A stretch of 64,000 bases of DNA from Selaginella moellendorffii (GCF_000143415.4 NW_003314268.1:3728559-3792558); one strand, 5' to 3'. Shown: positions 28,006-41,458, counted from the stretch's first letter. Numbers and translations: made by a program. The notes: generated by a model from the letters alone, not told the origin.

Positions 28006-29204
28006 ACGAATACAAGTCGTGGGTCATGGGGTGAAAGCCTAAAGTGATAATCTCTCAGGGGAGAAGGGGGGCGGGGAGCTGTAGGGGATAGCGAGGTCCA
28101 AAAACTAGTCTTGAAAGAACTCTTTAGTGGTGCTTCTAAACTGAGTTGAGGTTGGGATTGGGACTTAGGGGCTTTGGGTGGAAGTGAGTATGGACTCAAG
28201 TGTGTAAGCAACTAAATTTTCCATTCTACTTTAGTCACTTAAGCACACCTCCGACCACTTGGAGGAGTCTCACTCACAACCTTCATAAGTCCTATTTCGG
28301 ACTTGGGCTTGCTAACCCTGAGAATGGCATCCCCACCACTCAACCTTTGCACTTGGTCCAAGTGCTCCACGTGTCCGATCCCATGATTGACACCCCAAGG
28401 TACCATCAACATATCAGCTTGTTACGCTAAGGCCATGCCCCTTCACCTTGGTCACACTAGTGGTCTAACACCACCTGCATCACTGTCCCATCTCTCAAGG
28501 ACTGGGCTATCCATCCATGAGTGATCATCTTAGATCCACTCCTTAGCATCTTTAGGATGCCCGTAGACATGAGGAATAACCCTCCCTAATATCCCTTTTC
28601 CAGTCCCCACTAAGTCCCTTTTTGCCCATGGCCGTGTTTGCCAACACTGCCACTGGATCGAGGCCCACAGGCTCGACCACTAAGTCCCACAGTCCTCTGG
28701 GACTTCCTCACCATGTGACTGTGTCCTTGGTCACCACACCAGAGGGCTACTCCTCTTCCTTTCCACAGTCTGAGACTTTGGGACAACATTTTGGAACACC
28801 ATGGCCTTACGCAAGCTTTATGGGTACTCTCCTTGCCTTCCGCCTTTGGGTGCTCTAGCCATGAACTTAGAGCGAGGTTCCATTGAGCCATGTCTGGTAT
28901 CCAAGTAGGTAGTGCCACCCACACTTAGACTGGGAGCATCAGCCAGTCGATCTCCCGGGGGAACTAGAGCCGGCTCTTGAACACTTCACCAAGCTACCCC
29001 GCTTGTTGGTCCGTATTCACTCTAGTCTTGGACTTCCCATTGGTCAACTCATCACCCAACACCTGGGTACAGCCTTCCTAGGCCAAATTGGCTTTTCCTA
29101 GCCAAATTAGCTCCACTACAGTCCTCCCCCTACTATACTTTTGGAGCTCACCAAACCCCCCAGGGTTTAGGAGACGAACGCTTTGGGCTTTCACCCTCTC
29201 AGAC

Positions 29205-29862
29205 TTGAACTCGGACTCGGACTCAGACTCGGACTCGGACTCAGGCTTGATCTCGTCCTCGGCCTCGGTCTCGGTCTCAGTCCCGATCTCAGGCTCGGTC
29301 TCGGTCTCGGTCTCGGTCCCGGTCTCGGTCTCGGTCCTAGTCTCAGTCTCGACCTCGGACTCCATCTCGGGTCCTTCTCGGACTCTATCTCGGATTCCAT
29401 CTTGGGTCCATCTCGGACTCCATCTCAGACTCCGTCTCGGTCCATCTCGGGTCCATCTCGGACTCCATCTCGGCCTCCATCTCGGGTCCATCTTGGACTC
29501 CAACTTGAGTCCATCACAAGTCCATTTCGGACTCCATCTCAGACTCCATCTCGGACTCCAACTCGGGTCCAACTCGGACTCCATCTCGGACTCCAACTCG
29601 GGTCCATCTCGAACTCCATCTTGGACTCATCCACGTGTCATGTGGTGGTCCTTTTGGGTCCCTTTTTAGAGCCTTGCTTATTGCTCGCTTCATTCTCGTT
29701 CCTCGAGCCTTTGTTGGGAGTTCCACTCCCGCTCTAAACCTTTCAAGTCAGAGCTTTCGGTCCAAACATGTTACACTCATTTGGCTTTTGCTTCAGCCAC
29801 TACCACATGGCACCCTTCCAGCTCCACTTTGGGGCCTAGGGATTTTGTGTCTCACAAAGTGG
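29205..29862 (-). repeat. Tandem array (CTCGGA/CTCGGT hexamers, GACTCCATCTCG 11-12-mers) plus ~230 bp unique sequence; left arm of an inverted repeat
   Basis: Reverse complement matches 31626-32280. Confidence 0.9.
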
Positions 29863-29889
29863 TGCTAGAGAGACCATCCAAGGAAGCTC

Positions 29890-30281
29890 TGTTAGGCATT
29901 AGATCAGGATAATAGGATAAAGAAAGGGCCCTACAATCAAGTGTTCGCCCCTTTAGTAGTTGGCTTAGGGTGTAAGGGATAGGATCCTAACATTGGTATC
30001 GGAGCTCAGTTCGATTCTCGTGGCTGATGAGTGGGGTAGGAATATTCTGAAGGAATATTCAACATGGTGGATCTAAAGGGAAAACCAAGGTTTGGTAGAC
30101 CCTAAGAGAATGACCATGGTGACCAGAGGGTGGTCCGCGTATGATTGCGGATGATCATTCCCTAACAAGGGGAGGATTGTTAGGTATCAGGTTAGGATAA
30201 TAGGATAAAGAAATGGCCTTGCAATCAAATAATCACCCTTTTAGCCAGTTGGTTTAAGGTGTAAGGGATAGGATCCTAATA
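29890..30281 (+). mobile_element. Miniature TRIM retrotransposon (~103-bp LTRs)
   Basis: LTRs 29890-29992 and 30178-30281; PBS TGGTATCGGAGC (iMet) at 29994; PPT AAGGGGAGGAT at 30167-30177; degenerate TSD AGCTC/CACTC. Confidence 0.88.
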
Positions 30282-30806
30282 CACTCCCAAAAGGGAAACT
30301 GACTATGATACTCTTGGCTCATGTGAAGTGGTACCCTATTTGAGTACCTTGTGGCTTATTGGTCCTTGTTCCTTTCTAGGGGCTTACGCTTTCCCTTCAG
30401 GATGGAAGTGGTGGAGTAAAGGTACCCATATTAGGCTATTAGGTCATGGTGTTTTGTTCAAGGGTCCTTAAACAAGTGATGCACCTAAAGCTTAGGATTT
30501 AGAGGGTCTTATGATCAAGTTTTGTTGTACTAAAGGATGCTAGAAATCTAGAGGGTTGGTGTGGTTAGCTACTTGTGCCTATAGGGAGTGTAGTTAAACC
30601 TTAAGTCTAGTTTAACTTGGGGAGGGGGATTGAGAGAGAATTTGGGAATTTGTGGGTGGATGGTTAACACTCTGTTAATCTTGCAGTGAGTAGCTAAACC
30701 CAAGTAGGACTGGTACAATAGGCAAGAAACTTGTTAAGTGAACTTAACTAAAGCCAAGGCACTAGTGGTCAGATAGATAAGCTGACAAATTGGAAAGGAA
30801 AATTTT

Positions 30807-31610
30807 ATGGCTTACATGGATGAGGAATTCTTGCATGAGGAAAAATCTAGTGAGGAAACTTCTAAACAAGAGTCCAATTGGGAAGTTTGTTTGTCCAAGG
30901 CCCGATTGAATATTCTAGGACAATTAGCACAAACCAATGCTCTGTTGGAGACCTTTGTATGCAAGCTAAAGTGTGACGAGAAGCAGAAAAAGAGGCAAAA
31001 GTTTGCACATGCTAGTAGTGCAAAAGGTGAGGACCCTTTGGTAGGGATTAAAGTGGAACTGAACAAGTTCAATTAAACCAAAGTAAAATTAATCTCTCAA
31101 GCAATTCCCAAGTACAAACCAAAGCCCCCACCAGTTTTTAAAGGAGTGAATGACTATAAAATGATACAAGATTGGTCTTACAATATGAAAGATTACTTCT
31201 AAGCATTGTGAATACCAAGCTTAGAAAAAGTCCCATATGCAAAACTATATTTAGCAAATAATACTAACTCGTGGTGGAGAATAACAAAGACCAACAAAGG
31301 ACTGGTGGCCACTTAGCAAGTGATGAAGGTGAGGATCCATGTAACTTATGTCCCTTTGAATGCTACTCTACATTCAAGGGATGCACTAAGTAGGCTAAAG
31401 TAGATAGAAATCATTCAAGAGTATGTGAATGCATTTATGGCCAAAAAGATCTTTGTTATAGATATGGGCAACATAGCATTCCATGCCTTTAAATCAAGCT
31501 TACAGAGCTGGGCTCAAGGTAAGGTGATGCATTGGAACCCAACTAAATACAAGGAAGCATTGAATGTAGTTATTAAGGTGTATTTCCATGATAACCTTCA
31601 AAAGGGAACA
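30807..31610 (+). pseudogene. Ty3/gypsy gag fragment
   Basis: KPKPPPVFKGVNDYKMIQDWSYNMKDYF..AKLYLANNTNSWWR; similar to the minus-strand gag at ~15900-16110. Confidence 0.7.
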
Positions 31611-31625
31611 TAATAGGGTCGGGGT

Positions 31626-32280
31626 CCACGTGTGAGACACAAAATCCCTAGGCCCCAAAGTGGAGCCGAAAGGGTGCCATATGGTAATGGCTGAAGTGAA
31701 AGCCAAACGAGCATAACATGTTTGGACTCAAAGTTCTGACTTGAAAGGTCGAGAGCGGGAGTGGAACTCCCAACAAAGTGCTCGAGGAATAAGCACAAAG
31801 TGAGCAATGAATGAGTCTCTAGAAAAGGGACACAAAAGGACCAAAACATGACACAAGATGGAGTTCGAAATAGAGTCTGAGATGGAGTCTAAGATGGACC
31901 TAAGATGGAGTCCGAGATGGACCCGAGATGGAGTCTGACATGGAGTCCGAGATGGAGTCCGAGATGGACCCGAGATGGAGTCTGAGATGGACCCGAGATG
32001 GAGTCTGAGATGGACCTGAGATGGAGTCTGAGATGGACCCGAGATGGAGTCTGAGATAGAGTCTGAGATGGACCCGAGATGGACCCGAGATGGAGTCTGA
32101 GATGGAGTCCAAGATGGACCCGAGATGGAGTCTGAGATGGAACCGGGATCGAGACTGAGACTGAGACCATGATCGAGACCGAGTCCGAGTCTAAGACCGG
32201 GACCAAGACCGAGTCCGAGACTGGGACTGAGACCGAGTCCAAGTCCGAGTCCAAGTTTGAGTTCAAGTCTGAGTCCGAAT
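31626..32280 (+). repeat. Unique segment plus GAGATGGAGTCC/GAGATGGACCC and GAGACC array; right arm of the inverted repeat
   Basis: Inverted homolog of 29205-29862. Confidence 0.9.
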
Positions 32281-35200
32281 ACTAATTGTGTCTATGGGAA
32301 CTCCTAGAAGCTGGCTGTAGTCCCAAGCAAACACGTCCTTGAAATAGTGAAGGAGAGCCAAGAGCTTTGTTGCATTTGTTGAAGCAAGTGATGTGGCAAT
32401 AAAGACCGGGTCCTTGTCATTGCCTAGGAAAACAACATGAACTCTGGAGTTTGGAGAAACCTTGGGCTCATAGGGCTCATCTATCTTAGATTCCTCCCTG
32501 ACCTTGGAAACTAAAGAGCAGGGAGTGCCTTTTGCCTCTCACATCATGGTGATTGCTTGATGTGATAACCTGTCTGCCCAAAATTTTTCTTCACGAGGGA
32601 CACTTTGAAATGTCACTTGAAAGAACTCATCTTTCAGGTTGACCGCCTGCTGCCATAGCTCTTTCAGGTTCTCTTTGCGGACTTGGTATTCTCTAGTAAG
32701 TTGGCATATGATGAGTTGCTCATCTCCAACGAAAGTGACTCGCCTAAACTTGGGATTTATGGCCAACTTCATGGCACTGATAGCCGCCAAGTACTCTGCT
32801 TCATTAGTTGATGTTGCTAGCAAAGTGATAGAAAGGTCGGCTACTTTGTTCTCCGTAGAATCAATCATCCAAAATCCAATGTTGGCAACCTGGTTTTTGG
32901 GGCAGAAATCACCGTCAAAATAAGCCGTAATCATAGGAGTGTCCTCTTCTTCAAATAAAGATGCTGGAGACACCACATCCGGCAAGACTGTCTCTAGCAA
33001 GTTTGGCAAGAACGTTGTTGTTGGATCTAGAGTCTTTGCCTGTTGTTCTCTTTGCTTCTGATGCTCTGAGCGCTCAATGTCCAATGCAAGGACTATAGCC
33101 AAGTACTCTACAAGTGAAGGAAGATCCTCCACCGAAGTCCAGTCCAAGTCTGGTGCTAAAGTTTCAATGTAATACACTTGGACCTGTACCGGGAGTTCCA
33201 TGGTAGAAAATTCTGAACTCAAAGAGCTATAACTCGCATGTAGCACGTCCGATTGGCTTGATTCTTTCTGCCAGCTCTGTGTCTGGATGTCATCTTCCAT
33301 CTGCAAGAAACGGCACAACAGAATACACTCGAAGTTGTCAGCTACTGTGATTTTAGTAGGAAGATGCTGGCTGTGCGACACCTCAAATAGTTGCTGAGGA
33401 TTGAGTTTGGCTGTGTCCTGCAAAAGACAGACCTAGTCTAGAGTGACTGTGTCATCAAGCTTCATAAGAGAGAGTTGGTCCCATGCAAGAAACAAATCAA
33501 GGAGCCCTTCCTCTATCGAGAAACACTCCAAAAAACTGGATATGGGAGCCCATACTCTATAAGCCTCGCCATCAAATAAAGAGGGCCTGTTTAGAGGTTT
33601 GGCCTTACTCTCAGATAAAGAGAATGAATTTGAGAGATGTCTCGGGCTATCTAACTCACCTCCAACCATGTCAACGACATTGCATGAGAAAGCATCCATC
33701 ATATAGATGGTCGACTCCACCGCCAACTCAGAAAAAACCTCTGTGAGCTCAAGAGGGAAGTGTGGTGTGGAGGCCATCTTAGTCTGATCCTGCTGGGCTT
33801 GCTGAGAAAGAGCTCTACCATGGTTGTTGAGAAAGGTGGCACTATGGGTTCCATCGCTAATTTCCATTTTGTTTTTTATGCTGTCAATGGTGCAATGGCC
33901 TGTGACTTGCCATGAGCGGCCAAGGATGATAGAGTCCTTCAAAGAGGACGTTCAAAAACTTGGTAGTCAACCATGTGGAAATCCATCTCAAAAATAACAC
34001 CCTACACAAAGACCTTGACACCACAGCAAATGCCCGCTGGAGGAACAGTATGGTTGGCGAAGGTCTTGAGCACGATGGAGGAGATCTTAGTGATCTATAG
34101 TTGTGCTGAAAGGGCAGCTTCGAGAGACATAATGTTGCTTCCAGAACTGGAGTCAACCAAAGCATCCCTCTTATAAGATGAAGTACCAATTTGCATCGGG
34201 ACAAAGAACGGATCAGGATCTCCACCATATCTTGTCATGTCGATAATGTGCACCTCTTGAGGAGTCCTTTTGAGAGTGCTCTCTGGTGTCTCTGACCGTG
34301 CAAACTCCTCTAAATGCTGGCCGAATCCCAGGACAAGACACAACATGTCTCGGAACGAAAAGGTGACGAGAGTGTCAACCAGCTGTTGAAGAACCGGCTC
34401 CAGAACAGGAATAGCTATTGGTGAGATCTGAGGAGGAGAAGAGAGTAGTGACTTGAAGGAGAGCTTACAAGCCACCCTCTGTGTCACTTGATCTGGTGCC
34501 GACAGAGATTCACTCTCAACCAACGCCGGGCTAAGCGGCTGCCTTCTTCTTCGCTTGGGCTCGAGTGGCTGCGGTTTGTTGCTGTCACCTATAGAGTTCC
34601 TTGGCTACCAAAATCGTGTTGACCGATGAGGCTAGTGCCTTGCCTTTGCTTGACAAAGGGGCTGCCTCAATTTCTTGTCGCTCCAACTGCTCCTGATATG
34701 TCTTTGGACCCCGAGACGATATGGAATTATCAGTGAAGGGATATTGTTGGACACATTGAGAAGGTGGAGGCCGAAGCTTTGGGTGAAGCTTGAAGCAGTG
34801 TTGTGTGTTGTGTGTGTTTGTCTCGCAATGAGTGCACCAACGGGATTTAAATTTGCATTCCCAAGCTGTAGCGGCCTCTTTATTGGACTCCACCAGCTCT
34901 TGGAGCAATTTATCGTGGTGTGATTGCTGCTGAAAAATGATCTCCTTCAGCTGCCGCATCTCATTGGCAAAGTTCTCAATAGCTGGAGGTGTATGCTCAA
35001 TAGTAACGGGCTTTGTTGTGGACGGGCAAACAGCTGCACAAGGTGACTCTGACGGGGTGATTGCTTGGTCAAAATCAATTTTAGCAATCCCTAGGTCGAC
35101 AAGAAGCTCTCTTTCCAGCTTTGTGGCAAATGAAAATGCCTCGTGGCAAGACCTGAATGTCTTCTTAAGAAGTTTCCGTTGCAAGTTCCCACATAGACCC

Positions 35201-37092
35201 ACTGTGAATGCCATAATCCCCTGTTGCTCATCTTGGACTACTCTGCGATCCCAACACTGTTTCCAGTAAGCTTGAAACCGTGTGATGTAGTGAGGAATAG
35301 ACTCATGAGCACCTTACCGGAACGAAAAGAGGTCGACAAGTAGCCGATTTGTGGGTTTTTCTTCAACGAAGCGTTCCCTAAAAGAAGCAAGTAGTGTCTG
35401 GAAGTCTGTGCAGTCCTCTGGGAGGAGAGAATCTACCCAAATTGCTACTTTGCCTTCAAGAGATTGCAAGAAGTCGTGGCACATACGATCATCGTCGACG
35501 ATCATGTTTGTGGTGCAATAGTAATCAAAGCGACTGATATGCGATATTGGAGAGACTGTTCCAACACCTGAGAAGGTCAGCAGATCACTCCCCTTTTGCA
35601 AAACATGGAGCTGAGGTTGAGCTAAAGGTGGCTGTGCCATAGCTCGTAGATCTAAGTCACTGAAATCTGCCGAGGATGAAGAGGACTTGGCCTAAGAAGG
35701 TGCAATGTCGTACCTAAGCTGCATTTAGATGTTAGAAAGTTTACTTCATACCTTAGGGCCTCAAGATATGGTAAAAGGGTGCCAGTTTATCATACGTCTA
35801 GTTTGTACCGGCATTAAATACCTTGAACACTACAAATGCCCAATCAAGGCAACTAAGTTGACAAGAGCAAAAAGACTATAGGCTAGTGCTCAAGTTGCGT
35901 AAAGTTGCCCAAAATACTTGTGACGAAGAGGAATAAAGGTGAAAACGGAGATATAAGCCTCAAGCACACATAACCATTGACCTGTGGGGTAACCACTAAA
36001 GTAGCCGTTGGAGTAACTAGTAATCGGTAACTGGGGACTAATAACTAGGGACTTGTGACCTGTAACCGGTAACCCCCCGCTTTCGCTCCTACTCCTGTGC
36101 CTGCTCCAACACCAACTCCTGTTTCTATTCCTCTTGTTCTTGTTCCTACGCCTACCTGTTCCTTAAAGATTGCTTCGTTCCCAAGGAACCTTCAACCAAG
36201 TTTAACCCAAAAGAGAAAAATGAGTCCTCTAGTCTTGATCCTTCTCCATTTTGACTGTTGGCGGGCTCATTGGAAAGGGCTCAGCCATATCTACCTTCTA
36301 TCATAGGAATTTGGGAAGAAGCCACCTCAATACTTGTCAAAATTCAAGAAGAGGTAGCCCAGAACGCCAATATTGTGGAAAAACATGTGCATGTCATTGA
36401 TGTAGATAGATACTAAGGCGCCGTTGGTATTTTCGGAAAGCCTAAGACCAGGAGCGCCTCTAAAAACAAACGGCATCCAAAACAAAGCCCGGAGGAGCAC
36501 GAATTCCTACTACAAAGATGACTTAATCTAGCCAGAGAAGAAAATCCTTTTGCATGCCGCCAATTCGCCCAAATCTAGTGTCAAAAATCACCACTACTCA
36601 TAGATCTAGGCTAGATCTACAAGCCCAAATGCACTACTTTGAGAAATTGGGCCGAGGATCTAGGCGAGAAAGTGAAAACCCCAAATTGTTGCTCAAACCG
36701 AGCCAAGAAATGTTGTATCTTTTCAAATACTATACGGTTTGATGAGCACCATACCTTGCTGGAAAGAAGATATCCAGACCTATCCAACAAGCCTAAAATC
36801 CAACAAAACCACTACAAGACAAACGAGAAATTGGTTCCCAAAGTCTGCGGCCAAAAGAAAGAGAGAGAAATGACGCCTTAAAAAGTGTTATGCAGTCATG
36901 CTGGGTTCACCATTTGTTGGGGGAAGGAGGGGTGCCTCCCCCAACACTCACTCAAACACAAGAAATGCTTCAATGTTCTTCACAAAAATGCCCCCCCTTG
37001 CCCTTGTGGGGCAAAGGTTTTATACAAGGAAGATGGGAAATATTCCCAAGACCAAAATATTCCCTCTTTCTCTCGGTGGCCACACCCTAACA
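32281..37092 (-). mobile_element. Tat-type LTR retrotransposon, copy B (3'-truncated at the start of RT)
   Basis: Complete 5' LTR 36915-37092; Trp PBS; gag (35640-34585), PR (~34150), aRNase H (32930-32540); collinear with copy A 17820-22535; breaks after FAWDYSQLLGVPIDTI. Confidence 0.92.
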
Positions 37093-37735
37093 GTGGAGGA
37101 GTGTATATACAAGATTAGCATCCCAAGAGAGATAGTGGCATGGATCTTGTTACTATATCATGGAGTTGCAAGCAAAGTCATGATAAATGGTGAGACAAAG
37201 CCAAGTTTTCAATTGGGGTGTTTAGGTATACTAGGGGTGTCCATTGGCACCTTATCTTTTTTTAATTGTGGCTGAATCTTTGGGCACGTTTCCAGCAGAA
37301 GGCAGGATCATCAAAGGACTCACCCTACTGGCTGTGAGACAGCAACTTTCAGGTACAACAAAGGTGACGTGGGAACTTCTAGATGGAGCATTTGCAAATG
37401 ATATAGACTCACAACTAAGGAGAATCTAGATATAACTAAGAAGGCTTTGGAGACTTTAAACCTTACAGCTAGCACAATGATTAACTAGAACAAATCCACA
37501 AGCATAAACTAGGGGTGGGTACACATCGAGTTTTGGGGTCAAGACATTGGCTTCCAATGGCTTAAATCAGGGGAAGATACCAGATACCTAGGGATTCAGG
37601 TTGGTACTAGGTTTAGTGTAGTGCTGTAGAATGGCACCTTACTCAGAAGGATATGAACATCAATATAGAAATGGGCTCCCAAGAAACTCAGCTTGCTCGC
37701 ATAGAGGCTTGCATTTCTTTCAAAGGTGATTTAGT
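37093..37735 (+). pseudogene. LINE (L1-like) reverse transcriptase fragment
   Basis: IPREIVAWILLLYHGVASKVMING..F, GCPLAPYLFLIVAESL, FANDI, ..RYLGIQVG motifs with frameshifts. Confidence 0.75.
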
Positions 37736-37829
37736 AAAAGGCTTGAGGGCACATGCCATTCTATTTCTCAGACCGGTATTAAGATATACTAGTGCAAAGG
37801 GAAAAAGGTATTTGGTGATCAAGTAAATG

Positions 37830-39293
37830 GCATAGGGTTCGATCGACAAGGGCCTTATGCAAGGGTTGGCCGTTCAGCTCAGTCTACGCACTTTGCAGAG
37901 ACCTTAAGTGTTTTGCTAGGGACGCAATCATCATGTTTGCACCCCCACCACCCCATAGAGGTACAAAGAAGTTCCCATAGTTCTAGGCACCATGCCCATG
38001 AGCGATTATGCCAAACAAAGATACAGGCAGCTGCATGGATGAAGAGATTGCCTTGGGGGTAGGATTGAGTCGAGGTAAGCACGTCTTTTTTTGGTCCATT
38101 TTGTCGTGGATGATGCAGAGGTAAGAGTCAGGTCTCTCCATGGAGAGAATCCTGTTATGATAATATGCAGTCCTGCAGCTTCTCTGCTCGATGTTGTGGT
38201 TGAGCCGCCTTCTAACCAACGTCTCTCGCTCTTGAGCGATGCAAGAATTCTTCGACAAAGCCATTTTGATAGCAGTGCACTCGTCACACTTTGAAAAGCT
38301 GGAGTACTTTCCTATACTCACATCCCTGAACTTGTTGCTCCACAATCTACTAAATCTAGATTGGCTCAGCTTCCTGTAGCCATTACTCTGGAGTTCCCGA
38401 TTCACATCTTCCAATATGGCCCCCTTGGTATACATGGAAGGGAGAACTCGTTGGGTGTCTCGAGTTTCATCTTCCAAGAGGCAGGTTTTATGTGGTTGCT
38501 GCTCGCTACATGTCTCGACAAACCTCTTGAAGATTGCCTCTCCATATACAACATGACCCCTGGTTTTGTGAGTACCGTCGTTCCCATGGACTGCCTGTTG
38601 AACCCTTTGTTCCTTGAACTCAGTTTTGATTCTGTAGAATGTGGTTCGAGGGACTCCATAAATGATTCTCCATGCCTTCATGCAGACCAAACCCCTCTGG
38701 AAGACCATGCCCCCCACCTGATGTTCTGAAGCATCAACAGATGACCGTAATGCATCATACACAAAATTGCGAGCTGCCTTCCAGGACAATGTCTTGTATC
38801 TTGCTCTCTCCTCTTCAATAGCATCCCAATCAGCATGTTGACAGCACCTCCTCTTGCAACAAGCAACTGTCAAGACCATTCGAACCTCCATCGCCATTTT
38901 CTGCCTTTTCGGTTCGTTGCTCAGATCCCTTTGGCTGCGCTTTAGGAAGGTGTACTTTCTTTTCCCATGAAGAGATGTTCTGTCATCAGTTGTAGTGGTG
39001 TTTGATTGTGAATCCTTCACATTCTCAAACACTAAGTGCCTCAATTTCCACCGCACAATGCTTCTAATAGTCAAACTGTTTTCTTCTGTGTCAACAACCT
39101 CTAAAATCGCAACTCCAATATCATCCCAGCCTAATTCTTGATTAGCAACCGCATCTCTTGGATCGACAACTGTGGCTAAGCCCTCAGCTACCACCTCCCC
39201 CTCGGGGTTGTTTAGAAACACCTTTGCCTGAATCCATATAGCACGGTTCTTAAGATCCACGGAGGGAACATGCGTCGCACTTGCGGAGGCCAT
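37830..39293 (-). pseudogene. Sola/DUF7869-like transposase, N-terminal portion (catalytic C-terminus missing)
   Basis: CCKRRCC, VCMKAWRIIYGV, FSRLW..F, FSKCDEC..H, LCIIHDKMDQKKTCLP; frame continues past the TAG at 37983 as NYGNFFVPLWGGGGANMMIASLAKHL. Confidence 0.7.
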
Positions 39294-40587
39294 TCTGAAA
39301 GTGCAGAAAAGAAGTTAAGACCATACAAAAAATGATTGGAGAATGGCCTAAATCATAACATACCAAACAACCTCAATAGCATGAGGCCACATGCCATTAT
39401 TCAAACATGCTATTGACACCCACGTGAAATTTCACATTCACAAAATTGGCATGAGCCCTCATGCCATCTTGATATACACACAGCTGCAGGCAAGTAAAAA
39501 CATACATGATAATACGCTAGCCATGAAATTGCAAGGGCCCAAGATGGCATATAGCCTTATGCCATTTCTAAATGTGGTCCTCAGCCATTCCATGGTGAAC
39601 ATACCAGGAAGCACAAGTGCTGAATATCAAGAGGAAGCGGTAGCCACACCAAAGACAGTGCCGCTCACAACACCGCAACTACTCGTAGCGCCACTCGCAA
39701 CACCGCAACTGCTCGTAGCGCCGCTCGCACAAACTGCCACTCGCATAAACTGCCGCTCGCAATGGCGCTCGCAATGCCGCAACCGCTTGTAGACGCATAA
39801 ACCACAGCTCACAACGCTGCTTACACAAGCAGCACTCACTGCGCTCAGCGGAACCAAGAACACGGCGCACAAAAATGATAGACCTAGGAATGAGTTCGAG
39901 AATTCAAAAATAACACACGCTTGAACGTCACATCAAATCCTCTGACAAACCAGATCTTATGATTCCTCTAACAAATTTCAAACTGAGTAGCTTCTAGACT
40001 TTGCTGTCGGAGGTTGAACTTTGTCACATCATGTCTTTGCCTCGATCCAGCTGTGCCATGTCAGTGATTCGAACTTTGCCATGCCGTGTCAGCGATCCGC
40101 GCCAAGATTATTCGCCGTGTAAAGGAATAATTATGCTATGTGTGTACGTCCATTTATGGCAATATAAGGCCACACGCCATCCAAAGAATAATGCTAGTCA
40201 AGCATTTTTTGGTGCATTTTTGGGTTCAAAATTGCATGAGCCCACACGCTATAAAGTTTACCTGTACCAAAAATAGAAACAGCTTTATTTACTTGGGAAT
40301 TTAAGTGGTTGAGGCATTTTTAAACTTACAAACACATGCCCTACTTACATTCCTTTGGTTGCTTAAAATTCAAAAATATTATAAACCTTTCCTTTTGCAT
40401 TTTCAATGTTTTCAATTATGGTTTTTGATTTTCACAGGACTAGCCTAGTAATCTATTTGCATCCCGTCATGTTTATAGCTAGCTTTCGTTTGTCCCCTTC
40501 GCTAGCCTGAGATACATCTGCTCGGCATCTGCCTCTTACAGCATTTGCCCAGAAAGGGCATCTTTCTTCACGCAGCATTTGCCACAT

Positions 40588-40614
40588 GTTTAGGGTTTAG
40601 GGTTTAGGGTTTAG
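40588..40614 (+). repeat. Interstitial plant telomere repeat (TTTAGGG)3+
   Basis: TTTAGGG x3 plus TTTAG. Confidence 0.9.
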
Positions 40615-41458
40615 CAATTCAGTAGCTTGATAAACATGCAAATACAAAACTTGATGCAAAATCCTTTGATATATCACAATGCCCCTAGGACCATAAACAC
40701 ATTTCAATAGAGAGGGTCCTTTCATTTCATAACTCTTTACGTAGATTTTGGTGAAACTAGAGTTAGTGAAGTTAGTTTCTTGTGATCCCGCATCTGATTG
40801 TGATGTCCCTTTGCAGTGTCGATGGAAAGGTCAATGCACACCAAACTGTAAAATCTTGGAGCAAAATAACGGTCGGATCTATGGCAAATGCCCCTGAAAC
40901 ATTGTAAGGCTCGTGTGGTCTCATGTGGTGTCCGATCGAGATGCTTCTTTGCAGGGTCATCAAGAAAGACATTATATACCATTCTGTAAAATCTAGTTGA
41001 GATCTAACGGTTGGATCTCCAGAAAACTCAAAAAAATCTCACGCGTGTCAGAATATTCTAGGAATATACTCCTATGTGCCCCTGAAAATGGCATGCGGCC
41101 CCACGCCATTCAAGAGATAACGCCAGATGACGCCGAGCATTTTTTGGTGCCTGTTTTGGGATCAAAATTGCATGAGCCCACACGCTTGAACGTCACATCA
41201 AATCCTCTGACAAACCAGATCTTATAATTCCTCTGACAAATTTCAAACTGAGTAGCTTCTAGACTTTGCTGTCGGACGTTGAACTTTGTCACATCATGTC
41301 CTTGCCTCGATCCAGCTGTGCCATGTCAGTGATTCGAACTTTGCCATGCCATGTCAGCGATCCATGCCAAGATTATTTGCCGTGTAACTGCTCAGCATCT
41401 GCCTCTTACAGCATTTGCCCAGAAAGGGCATCTTTCTTCACGCAGCATTTGCCACATA

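Noticed and set aside
29078-29737. Ser/Pro/Leu-rich ORFs (also 7372-7584 and 31889-32266)
   Set aside because: Translations of tandem repeats, open in several frames
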